From Octopus bimaculoides (taxonomy: Eukaryota): 64,000 bases of DNA. Below are positions 1 through 10,860 of the stretch, piece after piece (position 1 is the first letter of the stretch; each line of letters starts with the position of its first letter). The notes beneath the pieces were generated by a model, which searched no databases, was not told the origin of the DNA, and saw only the letters and a list, made by a program, of their open reading frames with translations. The stretch covers positions 2,435,840-2,499,839 of the forward strand of contig NC_068993.1 in assembly GCF_001194135.2 (NCBI RefSeq). Direction: 5' to 3'. Made by a program: the position numbers and the translations under genes.

Positions 1-72
1 TGAGAGGGCGAAGGAAGATGTATAAAAGGAACGAGAGAGAGAGTAAAAGAGAGGAAGAGAAAATCCAAATGC

Positions 73-123
<51 letters not shown>

Positions 124-754
124 CAAGAAATAGTGATACAACAAGGCACCAATATTTTCTGGAAATAGCAGTCGATAACGATACGTTATGTTAAGCTGCA
201 CTGAAATGTATACTCGCTGCAAAGTGATACTGTTGTATTACAATGATATTTTTAATTTGTATATGTATATATATATATATATACATACTTTCGGTGCGAA
301 TGGTTTTGTTATATATATGTGTGCGTGTGTGTGTGTACGAGTGTGTGTGTGTGTGTATCTCAATCTATATATAGAAAGGCACGTTTCCGACATGAACCGA
401 AGTCTCTTTTATCATCAACAAACATTTTTTTCTGTTTTCTTTCTCCTGTCGACTGAGATCGTCCTTAGGCTTATTCTCAACATGGCGTGCGAAAAATTGC
501 GGAAGGAGTTTAGTATATTTTTCAACAACCTAACGGGATGCCAAATGTATGTACAAATGGTCTTGCCAGCAGGAATAATTCGTACCTATATTTTTTAAGT
601 ACCTGTGTGTAAGTGTGTGTTTGTGTGTGCGTGAGTGTGTGTGTAGGAGTCTCTATGTGTGTCTATGTTTGATTATGGTTTTAAGTGTAAAACCATTAGA
701 ATGGTCATTGTACGCATTCGTATATATTAGTATACAGATAGATAGATTGATTAG

Positions 755-838
<84 letters not shown>

Positions 839-869
839 AAGATATCAAAGATACAAAGGACATTAAGCA

Positions 870-1250
870 ATGTTTCATTCTGGTGAGTCTACTTTTACTT
901 CCACGCTGTCTGTCTATTAGTGAAAATGGCTTCCAATACTAACAAACGAAATTTGGAAAGGTGTGAAAAGAAAGCATGGACATTTTGACCAAAAATCTGA
1001 AATAAAGTAAAATTTGCAGAGGTGAAAACTGGAAGGTTGTAATGTGTGAATAAAACATAAGTTCCTTAACAATTCATACTGTTAAAAAGCCAGTTGACCA
1101 GCTAATGCAATTTTTGATGGATTGAGAGAGGTAAAGGTGCAGATGGGTGGCAAGCACTAAAATATCAACACCTAACAGCACTAAATATAGAGATATTTAA
1201 ACATTTGACAGCAAAACGATGCTAGATGGTGTTCATTTTAGTGTCAAAGG
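870..1250 (+). mobile_element. Decayed RTE-type LINE, C-terminal ORF2 region
   Basis: Frameshifted translation resembles the RTE post-RT motifs (TLLYGSE.W, NLE.FE.K, KV..EV, GK..RGRQ); many stops. Confidence 0.55.
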
Positions 1251-1369
1251 TCACTGAAAACGTCAAGTGTTTTTATGTAGAGATGGACATCGCTGAAGCT
1301 CTTTTGTTTTTCAGTTGATTAATTTACGAATTGGACATGGCATGCGTAAACTTAATTAGTTCGACAAAG

Positions 1370-1441
1370 AACGCACTGGTGTCGATGTAATCGACTTTCC
1401 CCCTTCCCCAAATTTGAGGCCTTGTGCCTATATTAGAAAGG
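1370..1441 (+). mobile_element. SINE family A, 3' fragment with (ATT)n tail
   Basis: gcactggtgtcgatgtaatcgact...aaatttgaggccttgtgcctatattagaaagg matches the 3' half of copies at 37960-38125 and 22955-23152; (ATT)n follows at 1441-1505. Confidence 0.85.
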
Positions 1442-1500
<59 letters not shown>

Positions 1501-1505
1501 CATTA

Positions 1506-1641
1506 TTTAATGCATACACTCAGCTTATTTTGCTGGATATGAGGGAAATTTTCAGCTGTCCACAACCAGCAGACTAAGGTGACATTTCTTCATAGGTCAT
1601 GCTTCAAGAACCTAGCGAAGAATTCTTGCAGTTTCAAGCAA
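1506..1641 (-). mobile_element. R4/Dong-clade LINE 3' end (ORF end plus 3' UTR)
   Basis: Minus strand reads LLETARILR*VLEA-stop (stop at 1597-1599), the LLGTARILRKVL-type C-terminus of R4/Dong ORFs; UTR runs into an (AAT)n array. Confidence 0.75.
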
Positions 1642-1679
1642 TGTTGATATTTTGCAGGTGTTCTATCTTTCATTATTTA

Positions 1680-1818
1680 TTTTATTTACATTTGCCGGAT
1701 ATTTGTCCTCATCTTGTTTGTTGTTAACACAACTTTTCGGCTGATACACCCTCCAGCCTTCATCAGGTGTCTTGGGGAAATTTCGAACCTGGGTTCTCAT
1801 TCCCAAGGTATTTTTCGA

Positions 1819-1820
<2 letters not shown>
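1680..1820 (-). mobile_element. Short repeat carrying a hammerhead ribozyme (Penelope-like-element-derived or SINE body)
   Basis: Minus strand (aat)n-aacatcgaaaaataccttgggaatgagaacccagg...HHR...acaagatgaggacaaatatccggcaaatgtaaata, wedged between two Dong fragments. Family assignment is inference. Confidence 0.55.
1726..1771 (-). ncRNA. Minimal type I hammerhead ribozyme motif (this copy has a helix III substitution)
   Basis: GACAC-CUGAUGA-A-GGCUGG(AGGGUGUA)UCAGCC-GAAAAGUU-GUGUU: both core boxes present, 6-bp helix II, 5-bp helix I (GACAC/GUGUU). Confidence 0.7.
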
Positions 1821-1887
<67 letters not shown>

Positions 1888-1899
1888 CAGTATTATTAT

Positions 1900-2035
1900 T
1901 GTGTGAGATATTCAACATCCAAGTACCAATCTCAAAATCCTAGCTGTCTGTCCCCAGCAGAGCAGTTTGTTGGGGGTGGTGGCTTTCTCTGCTCTCATGT
2001 CCATTCCGATTTTTCTGAGATATTTCTCGAAATGG
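1900..2035 (-). mobile_element. R4/Dong-clade LINE ORF C-terminus
   Basis: Minus strand reads EKYLRKIGMDMR...KTALLGT(small duplication)ARILRLVLGC-stop, followed by (AAT)n. Confidence 0.75.
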
Positions 2036-2039
2036 GTTT

Positions 2040-2074
<35 letters not shown>

Positions 2075-2734
2075 TTATTTAAATAAAATAAATAATATTT
2101 CAGTCTGTATGTTAAAATATGCAGAGATAGCAACCATTATTAACATTGGTTGACCAAATAATGAGAACTTGCGCAATTCAAAAGATTCATATCAACTTTG
2201 ATTATATTATTTTATTGCAAAATTTCTGTTAGGCTGTTTTCTTTTATAAGTTCATTTCTGTTTTATATTCCATTAAAAAAGAGTTTTCATTTACTTGCAT
2301 GAAGAATCAGTTTTATTAGAATCAATTTTTTTTGTGTTACAACAACAATATGATGAAATATTGTTGTTGTAACTGACGAATTATACAAAAGCGTATAATC
2401 ATATTGCTTTCATAATTTCTGTGAAAAGGTTGTTTTTGTGTATTTTTCTTCTGCCTTATTCTTTTCTTCTTTCTTTCTTTGCTTCGTTCAAAGCATGTTA
2501 TTTAGGGCTATTGTTACAAAATTAAACAGGAAACAATCCATTTGTGAGAGAGGAATTTGGTATAATAAAAGGGAATTTTGGGGACAACGGTGTTTGTTAT
2601 TTTTTGCTTTTGTGTTATTTATTTTTTTATTGATACGTTTGGAGGCTGCAAATACAAAAGAATGAACATTCAACAAAAACTGGTAAGAACAAAGGCTATG
2701 AAGGAAATCAAATGAAATAAATAGAATTACAAAG

Positions 2735-2789
<55 letters not shown>

Positions 2790-3245
2790 TACACATATAT
2801 ACACGCGCACATAAAGACACATATTCACATGGACAACACAAAATGCCACACACATGCAAACTCGCATAATGATGTTATATTCTTTCAACTTGAGTTTGTC
2901 TTGAGGCTAGTTTGTTAGCGACAAAACAGGTAAGAAAGATTTTTTTTATTAATATATAACTAACCAATGGCTATATTCTCAGCAAAAATTGTCTTTAAAA
3001 TATTTGTCTAAAGAATGTAATGTTTCTTCCAACCTTTTTCAAGACGAAATTTTCAACGTGTACATACACAGCGACATATGTACACACATATCCACCCGCA
3101 TACAAATAAAACTACGTATGGACACAGACACGCGCAAACACACGTACGCACCCACGCACACATGCACACACACATGCACAAATGTACATGTGAGTATTTA
3201 TGCATTTGTTACTGCGGCTGTATCAATGTTAGAATGAAGCCATTA

Positions 3246-3654
3246 TTACAAAGCGCTGAACTCGTCTGGCGCTTCATTCCGAAGCCTATGTATATTGAGT
3301 TCTAACACCAGGTTATTCGTATTGCTAAGCCTGAACGATCGTTTTTCTATCCATCCACTCCATAAATCCTCTGGGGGCGACAACCTCACGTCACCTCTCA
3401 CCTTCTGTACCATCTTCTCATACTCCTTCAAACCAGCCAAGTCCAGCTCCCTTCGCTTCATCTCCGTGGCCTCAGCAAAACTCCTTGTCTTCTCCAATAC
3501 TCCGTCCATCTTTATGACCGCCCTTACCAGCCTCCTCCTCTGCTGAAGACAACTCCGACCCGCTAAAGTCTGAGTACATCGTCTCTACCTTTAAAGCAGC
3601 ACAAATAACGTCCGACTCGCACAAAACGACAAACCAAATGCACTCTGGGTGACG
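3246..3654 (-). mobile_element. GC-rich relic with a frameshifted ~110-aa ORF, probably the N-terminus of a LINE ORF1 (Tx1/L1-like)
   Basis: ATG at 3579. Removing one G in ggtaagggcggtc joins the two listed ORFs into MYSDFSGSELSSAEEEAGKAVIKMDGVLEKTRSFAEATEMKRRELDL...EFSAL. RSFAEA resembles the SFAEA/SYA motif of LINE ORF1s. GC is visibly higher than the flanks. Confidence 0.45.
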
Positions 3655-3661
3655 CATGCGC

Positions 3662-3692
3662 GGAAGCGAGCTTCTTACCACACAGCCACGCC
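3662..3692 (-). mobile_element. SINE family B head only
   Basis: ggcgtggctgtgtggtaagaagctcgcttcc matches the head of the copy at 63156. Confidence 0.75.
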
Positions 3693-3929
3693 TATATATA
3701 TTCACACACCCACACACACATGTACACACATACGATCATACACATATATACACACAAACACACACATTCACACACACACATACACAAACATCATCATATC
3801 GGCGTTAGATGATTCTGGCGGCACATGGTGCAGTTAAACCTTTTAAATATGAGGCCTAATATGAAAAACCCGTTACTCCTTCTTTGTTAGCCTAGAGAGG
3901 AGGGCTAAAAGAAACTCAGGAAGAGAAAA

Positions 3930-4660
3930 GCATGTGTTATCAAAAGGAGCGATGAAGCCAGAATTAGAGCCAAGGTAGACTATATGGACATGGAAATTAT
4001 TGAGCTGGGGAAATAGTGGACTGCAAACTTTTTGTGGGTTATCGGTAAACTTGTGTTCTGTAGCATTTACTAAAGCATAAAGTCCAGGAGAATTTCTCCA
4101 GCTTAAAAAAGCTGGAATGACAAACCAAAATAATCTTTGATTTGAAACTAATTCAAGTCTGACATCAGAGTATATCTGTTTTATTGCAGTACCAGACCAA
4201 AGAATTCTCACCAGAAATTATTAAAATCAAATATTCCAGCCGAATACAAACCATTATTGCAAAATATGAGGGGATTAGAAAGCCAATGAATGCCATTGTC
4301 TGGCTGCCCATAACAATCCAACAGAGAATACATCAACGATACGATAGAGCGATAGAGTTAGAGCTGCTATACACTTGTTATTAAACCAGAGTTATGAAAT
4401 ATTCAGGGAAAATCGTATGAACGCATACAAGTATAAACGATCTCAGTGAATGGCAATGCAACAAAACTCTAGGACATATCGATTCTTCCAAACAGCGTGA
4501 CTAAGACGAATCGCTCTGATATTGTTGTGAAAGGCATTCAAAAGAAGAAAAAAGAACACGTAATTAATTCCAATAGGCTTCGATATATTTCTTCGGGCGA
4601 AATTCACATATAAGACTCAATAAATAGAGGTAAGTAGGAATTGTTGAACTCAGGAAAGAA
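3930..4660 (+). mobile_element. Decayed R4/Dong-clade LINE: zinc knuckle plus restriction-like endonuclease region
   Basis: Motifs in the expected order: LTSE..FIA.QDQ, LTRNY, CKI*G..H..SGC..TEYI.R.DR, KTNRSDIVVK, YK...IEVSR; multiple frameshifts. Confidence 0.75.
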
Positions 4661-4704
4661 GAAGTATGTCTTTCAGTGAGTCCCTTTTTTTTTTCGAAAT
4701 TTTA

Positions 4705-4800
4705 AGGATAAAAGGTGAAGACGAACTCAGCGAGATTTGAACTCAGAACGTAAAAGTAGTAACGAAAACCGCTAAGTATTTTGTGCGACGCTCTATAGCC
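4705..4800 (-). mobile_element. SINE family A, 5' half
   Basis: gatttgaactcagaacgtaaa...ccgctaagtattttgtgcgacg is the reverse complement of the family B-box region. Confidence 0.8.
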
Positions 4801-5309
4801 TCCAACCAACTCCGTTGGCATGATATCAGTAATAAATATTTCTCCGTTAATATACTAGCCAGAGAGAAGGAGGAGGAGAAAGAGAAAGGGAAAGAGAAAA
4901 AGTGCGATAGAGGAAGTAGAGAGAGAAAGAATGGAGAGAAATATAAGGAGTGGAAAATAAATTGATATCCATAAAACATAGCAGGAAATCCATGGGTTCA
5001 TATTGTCAGGTATTTATAGAAGATTGTATTTAAAAGCTGCAATGAAAACTGAATATCTTGAAATAGGTGAAGTGTGTTATAGCTTCCATGTAAAAGTAGC
5101 ATTTTGTTTGTGTTGTAAACTTACAATACTGTTGTTACAATCAGCAATATTTTGGATTGTTCAAAGTACAGAAGAGATATAACTGTCGTTTATATATTGG
5201 TGATATTGATCAATATCTTTACAAATATGAATATAACTGCCTCTTCTGACATATTACTCTAACAATGATTTCGAAATACATAGACATTACGAGACAATGA
5301 GGAAAGGCC

Positions 5310-5520
5310 GCTAGGTTCTGGCTCAGTCTGATAGAAAAAGCGATCAAACCTCTTTCAAGCCATAACTTACACTGTTTCAAAAAAGAGAAAGGCGTGCAGT
5401 GGACAGCGTGGTTGTAGATACTCAGCTGGTCGTAATAATATCAGGATGTTCACGGTTGCGCGGTCTTTGGTCATATGTTCGTTCATTCAGAATTGCCCTC
5501 CGGCCAAATAACAATAACAA
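5310..5520 (-). repeat. Dispersed repeat family C (gttgtttagccccagg...ctatgatca unit)
   Basis: Reverse complement resembles the units at 44000-44060 and 44260-44340. Confidence 0.45.
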
Positions 5521-5548
5521 ATGCTGAGGCAAACAGCAAAGACACATT

Positions 5549-5592
<44 letters not shown>

Positions 5593-5799
5593 GAAGCATG
5601 CATATGTACATATGAACGGAAACATACCCATTCACGCGTTTACCAAATACGTATTTTGTTTCACGAGAATGAGAGATGGACAGGAAATGACAGACTTTGA
5701 AAGAGAAAGAAATGAATTCAGTTGATACTCGTTTAAATAAAGAACGGGATTGGGGTTTGATAATGTTATGGACTATGGGCAGTGGGTGAAAAGGGCTAA

Positions 5800-6620
5800 T
5801 AAACCTCTCATTAACTTTGCTGCTGTACTTGCCAGAAGTTCAATAGAAATACTAACTTAGACTTATTGAATTTTAGCATACATGCTCTCTAGATATGTGT
5901 CCGCTTAATATAATCTTCAGTTACAATCAATATAGCAGGAACTCTGACAATGCAGGTACAGTCAAGGTTTGCTTGCCAATGATTCGATTGAATCAAAGTC
6001 AATCTTAATGATGCTTACTCAGGCACATAACACCTTCCAAAAATGTTAACCCAAGCAGATATGAAGTCTTAATAAATCTGACACTGGCACATGTCATCCT
6101 TTTTATATCGCTGCTACGCTGAGTGGAATTCGAATATTTATCATATTGATCCAGTCACATGAGGTCAAAAGGCCGTCGTTGCTGCTTAATTATGTTGACG
6201 CAAGCAGGGTTACCCTTAATAATGATCACACAAATAGAAATGCTATGGTAAGGTTGCTGGCAATGCATAAGATCTGTGGTTAATTGTGCAAGCTCAGTAA
6301 AAATCAAAAACTTAATTAAGCTGAAGCAGGCATGAGGCAATGTTAATCCAGGGAGAAATCAATACTTATTAATAATGGTGTCACACGTGTAGAGATCTTG
6401 TGGTAATGATACCAACGTAGACGATTCAGAATTGGGTGACGACGATTGAGTTAGACGTCTAAGTTAATGATGCTGAGCCGCCAGAAAAAACAATAAGTGT
6501 TATTGAAGCGGAAAGTGATGGATTCCATAGTTGAGTGGTATTCCCTCCAACAGAATTTAAAGATTCATGATACAGGTCTCATGGTCTCATGGATGGTCAT
6601 GTAGACAGAGTGCAAAAGCT
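5800..6620 (-). mobile_element. Decayed CR1/L2-like LINE reverse transcriptase
   Basis: Ordered degenerate motifs on the minus strand: RPVS..KLLEGI (about 6580-6545), AQH.F..RS.VTQ, IDFS...VPH (about 6364-6330), later a KVQ..KLI-like motif. Confidence 0.55.
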
Positions 6621-7372
6621 AATTTTTGTGATCCGAGCAAAGTTCAAAGGTAACTGATGCTGACCTAGGGATAAGTTGAGGTCTAATAATACTAAACCTT
6701 GTTTGAAGATATCAAGCGTTGAGGAGGTTGACTCTGCTAGAAATAAATTCGTAATGATGGTGACTCAAACAGAAACAGAATGTTTAAAGAGTGTACCATA
6801 AGAAGAAATGTCGGTAAACAATACTGATCGGGGTAAAAGTTAGAGGGAACGGTTCTCACCTAGACTCATCTAAATGGAAAATACTGCTTACCTGTTACTC
6901 TTGCGAGTCAAAAGTTACTGCAGCTAATTCAGCCAGGAGAAAATAACATTTAAAGTTAGCCAGTCTTAAAATTAGGAGCCGCTGTTGTTCAACTTTATAT
7001 ATATCAGTGCCTCTTAATCCAGCAAACCTATAAAGTAAAAATCAAATGAATTCCACTATGAGCATCTTGTCTTTTTGACTATGTTTGCTATGTGTATCCC
7101 GTTTTAGATATTTCAGTGTGTTTTGAGGGAGACATAACTACTATATTTATCGGTTTGTGCGCCAACTTTGAAAATCCCTCGTTTTATCGGTTGAAAGATG
7201 ATCACCATACTGTCGATTACTCTGTTCTATGTGTAATCATTCAATTTATGCATGGAATAGAATTTATTTTGGATTTTACAAAAGGAATAATTAAATGTTA
7301 TAAAACCATCGGGTGTAAATTTAAAATTTGTAATTTCTAGCAACAGATACGAATATAAATAATGTAAGAATC

Positions 7373-7388
7373 CACGATAATAATGATT

Positions 7389-7427
<39 letters not shown>

Positions 7428-7490
7428 GTAATGATAATAATTTCTATAATAATAATGATAATAATAATGATTTTAATAATAATAATGATG

Positions 7491-7530
<40 letters not shown>

Positions 7531-7549
7531 CAACAATAATAATAATAAC

Positions 7550-7614
<65 letters not shown>

Positions 7615-7640
7615 TGATAACGATAATAATAATAATGATA
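7373..7640. repeat. Long imperfect (AAT)n microsatellite
   Basis: About 270 nt of AAT with AAC/GAT variants; explains the poly-I and poly-Y ORFs. Confidence 0.97.
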
Positions 7641-9113
7641 TGTTTTATTCATTTTTGTTTCTCTTATATTTTTGTCATTTCGCACTCTTGGCATATGTTT
7701 CTTCTATTCTTGAGATGAATGTTGAGGCGAAGAAAGTTGATAATTTTCCCAAGATTCAGCTATAAAAGAATTTTATTACATTTGAATTTTGAATTGGAGA
7801 AGAAAAAAAGCCACAAAACAAAACAATTATTGATTAGTAAAGTTTTACTTTTTGCAGTTAAATAAATCCATTTTATTATCGTTTACCAATAATCTGATTT
7901 TATGGATGACGTTTCTTAAATATCGGCATACATAACTAATCGGGTTGACCAGAAAGTATTTGGTAATTGATGCGACAGTTAAAACAGGAAACCCGTGAAT
8001 AAATAAACATGTTTTCCTTTCTGTATGAAGACAGGAATATAGAAATGAAGTATGTGAGTGTAAAATGCTAGAAAAACCAACAGATTAAAAGTTAACTTGC
8101 TGCAATTCTTTGAAATATTATAGATATCGAAGAGATATAAAATGGTAATTTATTTCTCATATATACATACATGCACACCCACACACATATTCACACACAT
8201 ACATGCATAATAATGGTTTGCTATTGTTTATGTGTTATTTTATTGTTTTCGATTTGCCTTTTTCATTATTTAATAAACTCACAACAAGAAATTCATCTGT
8301 GTATTAGAGCAAATTAATTTTGAACAGGTGCTTGTCTGATTGAAAGCTAGAAAGAATCTCTTTAATTCTTCGTGAGACTTTTGAATAATACATGTTCTTT
8401 TTTTTTCATTTGCAAACAATTTACATTTAAATTTGAATTTATTTTGGCTAATTTTTCTTTTATTGTTTTAAAACATTTTGTTTCTTTTGCTTTTAAATAC
8501 CACCTTGAATCAGATCTGAGCATTTATAAGTAGCACTGTTTTTTTTTAATGACATCTTAGAGTTACGCTGTGCTTTAGAAACAAGTCTGCCATGAATACA
8601 ACAAAACTAAAAACCAGAAAACTATATTTGTAGAAGTCGACATTTGTCAGTCGGATAATTAAAGTATAGGTTGTTCATTAGAATGTTATAGCAAATCAAA
8701 AATATGGCTCTTTGTTAATATATTGGGACTTTCTTTAATACTTACCTTTCAGTTATTGAAACAACACATTTCATTTTTTTTTCCTAAAGAAAATTTATTG
8801 CTTTTGTAACACGAAATATTTATAGTGCAATAAAGCTGCCACATTCGAAATGTATGCTTGTTGATATCACAGACAATCTGCATACCTTTTCATGTAGTAA
8901 ACAAAACGTTATTTTGAAATTGTCTGCATAACACGCGCCGCCTCCACTGGCAGGGGAACACAAGATGTTCTGCCGCTCATTTTACTTTTCTCTAACCTGA
9001 ATGTCCTTATTTGTAAATTCTGAATATTTATATTTTGTAAAATTAGTTCGAACTAGAAAGATAACGATTAACCTGAAGTATTACTTTTTACAATTTTGAA
9101 GAATACGATAGAT

Positions 9114-9340
9114 TTAAACCATTAGCATTTAAACTGGACATATCTGGTCCAAATATGCTGCCTGTTTAACGTTCTAACTGGCCCTATTCACCCTCTGAAG
9201 CCTATCCCACAATGACATTCTGAAAATAAACAATCAATTTATTGAAATTTCGAAGCCAAAAATAGCGCATGCTTAATTCAAAACACTGAGACTAAATAAA
9301 CATCACATTTGACAAAATAATAGGAATGCTAAAGGATTAA
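9114..9340. mobile_element. piggyBac-like MITE (TTAA-bounded)
   Basis: Left end TTAA-accattagcatt and reverse complement of right end TTAA-tcctttagcatt form imperfect TIRs with TTAA flanks; no ORF. Confidence 0.65.
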
Positions 9341-9470
9341 TAATCCTTTCTACTACAGGCACAAGGCTTCAGTGACATTTTGCAAGAAAGAAATAGGCTA
9401 GTCGATTACCCTAATGCTTGTCTGTTACTTTATTTCTATCGACCCTGAAAAATGAAAGGCACCAAAACTC
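9337..9470 (-). mobile_element. SINE family A, 3' half
   Basis: taataatcctttctactacaggcacaaggc...atcgaccctgaaaaatgaaaggc is the reverse complement of the family tail. Confidence 0.8.
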
Positions 9471-10559
9471 CACTCTTATTACATCGCGTCATAATGGTTT
9501 AACTCGAGAATTACTGAATGTTTATACCTGTCTGTGGAATACTCAACCATCCGGCACTTTCATACATTGAAAATAATCTCTCGTTGATCGATCATTTAAG
9601 GTCCATATTTTTAAATAGACGGGTGGGTTCGTCCGTCCCACTTTCCATCGATCCATCGATCCATCTCTCTCTCCTCCTCTGTTTTTTGTATGTATCCGTC
9701 TGTTATCTCTCTTTATATGTGTGTGGGGGTGTACGTGTGTGTATATGAGTGCATGTGCGTGTGTGTGGGGGTGTATCTTGAGTCGTAGTTCAGTCAGAGT
9801 ACGACTCCGACTGCATGAGTCAGAACTCCTCGTAGATCATCATTATCGTGTCATCTTCCATTATATATATATATATATATATATATATNNNNNNNNNNNN
9901 NNNNNNNNNNNNNNNNNNNNNNNNNNNNNNNNNNNNNNNNNNNNNNNNNNNNNNNNNNNNNNNNNNNNNNNNNNNNNNNNNNNNNNNNNNNNNNNNNNNN
10001 NNNNNNNNNNNNNNNNNNNNNNNNNNNNNNNNNNNNNNNNNNNNNNNNNNNNNNNNNNNNNNNNNNNNNNNNNNNNNNNNNNNNNNNNNNNNNNNNNNTA
10101 CATGCAGAAAATATGATCTGTTTAGAAAACTGAAAATATAAGTCTAATGTGACTTCAAGACCTAACAGTACAATGTAAAGAGATGTTCGTTATATACTAA
10201 GGGTTGATAAAAACAAATACCCCGTTTGCTAATTCATATCGTTGCAATGTTTAGATAAAGATACCTTACTTAAGAAGAATTTCCCTTCCAAGAAATTTTT
10301 CGATGTTCTTCTTCTATGAAATATTTTAAAAGCAGCAGCTTTAATTTCATTCATTGGGACAACTTCCCTTTTAATATTTTTTACAAATATTATTTCCTGC
10401 TATTCACCGAGTCCTGTTTTTTCCGTCCGAGAATTCTTCTTTGGGTTTTAGAAACCAGATGCCCCATTACAGCAGACACATACTCTCTCACACACACAAG
10501 GAGACGCACAAATACCTATTCATATGAAAAGACATAATTTGGTAAAAGAGTTTTTAAGA

Positions 10560-10860
10560 GAGTATAATCTACGATTATTTTCACCACATTCTTTACTTCA
10601 TAAATGACACAGACAACAAATGACATACAATGCATTCTCTATATTTAACAAACTGCTGTATTGTGAAATACTTTTTCTATAATCTCCAACACTTTTTCTC
10701 AATTTTCTTAACTAATTTTTGTAAAGGATTCTTTTACTGTTCTTTAGTTGAAACATTTTTTTAAATGCAAGTTCTGTAATTCATTAAAATCTCTTTCTTT
10801 CAGTCAATACGTTTCTATCTCAAAAACAATGTAAATTGATTCTCGATCAAAGAAGTCTTT
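10560..10860 (-). mobile_element. Possible Tc1/mariner transposase N-terminal (HTH) relic
   Basis: Degenerate IETY..K.FNELQ...FKK.F...LVKKIEK..V.N.R reading resembles the N-terminal HTH of IS630-Tc1-mariner transposases; heavily disrupted. Confidence 0.3.

Noticed and set aside
9780-9807. 8-bp hairpin gagtcgta/tacgactc next to TGAGTCA
   Set aside because: Too short to distinguish from chance.
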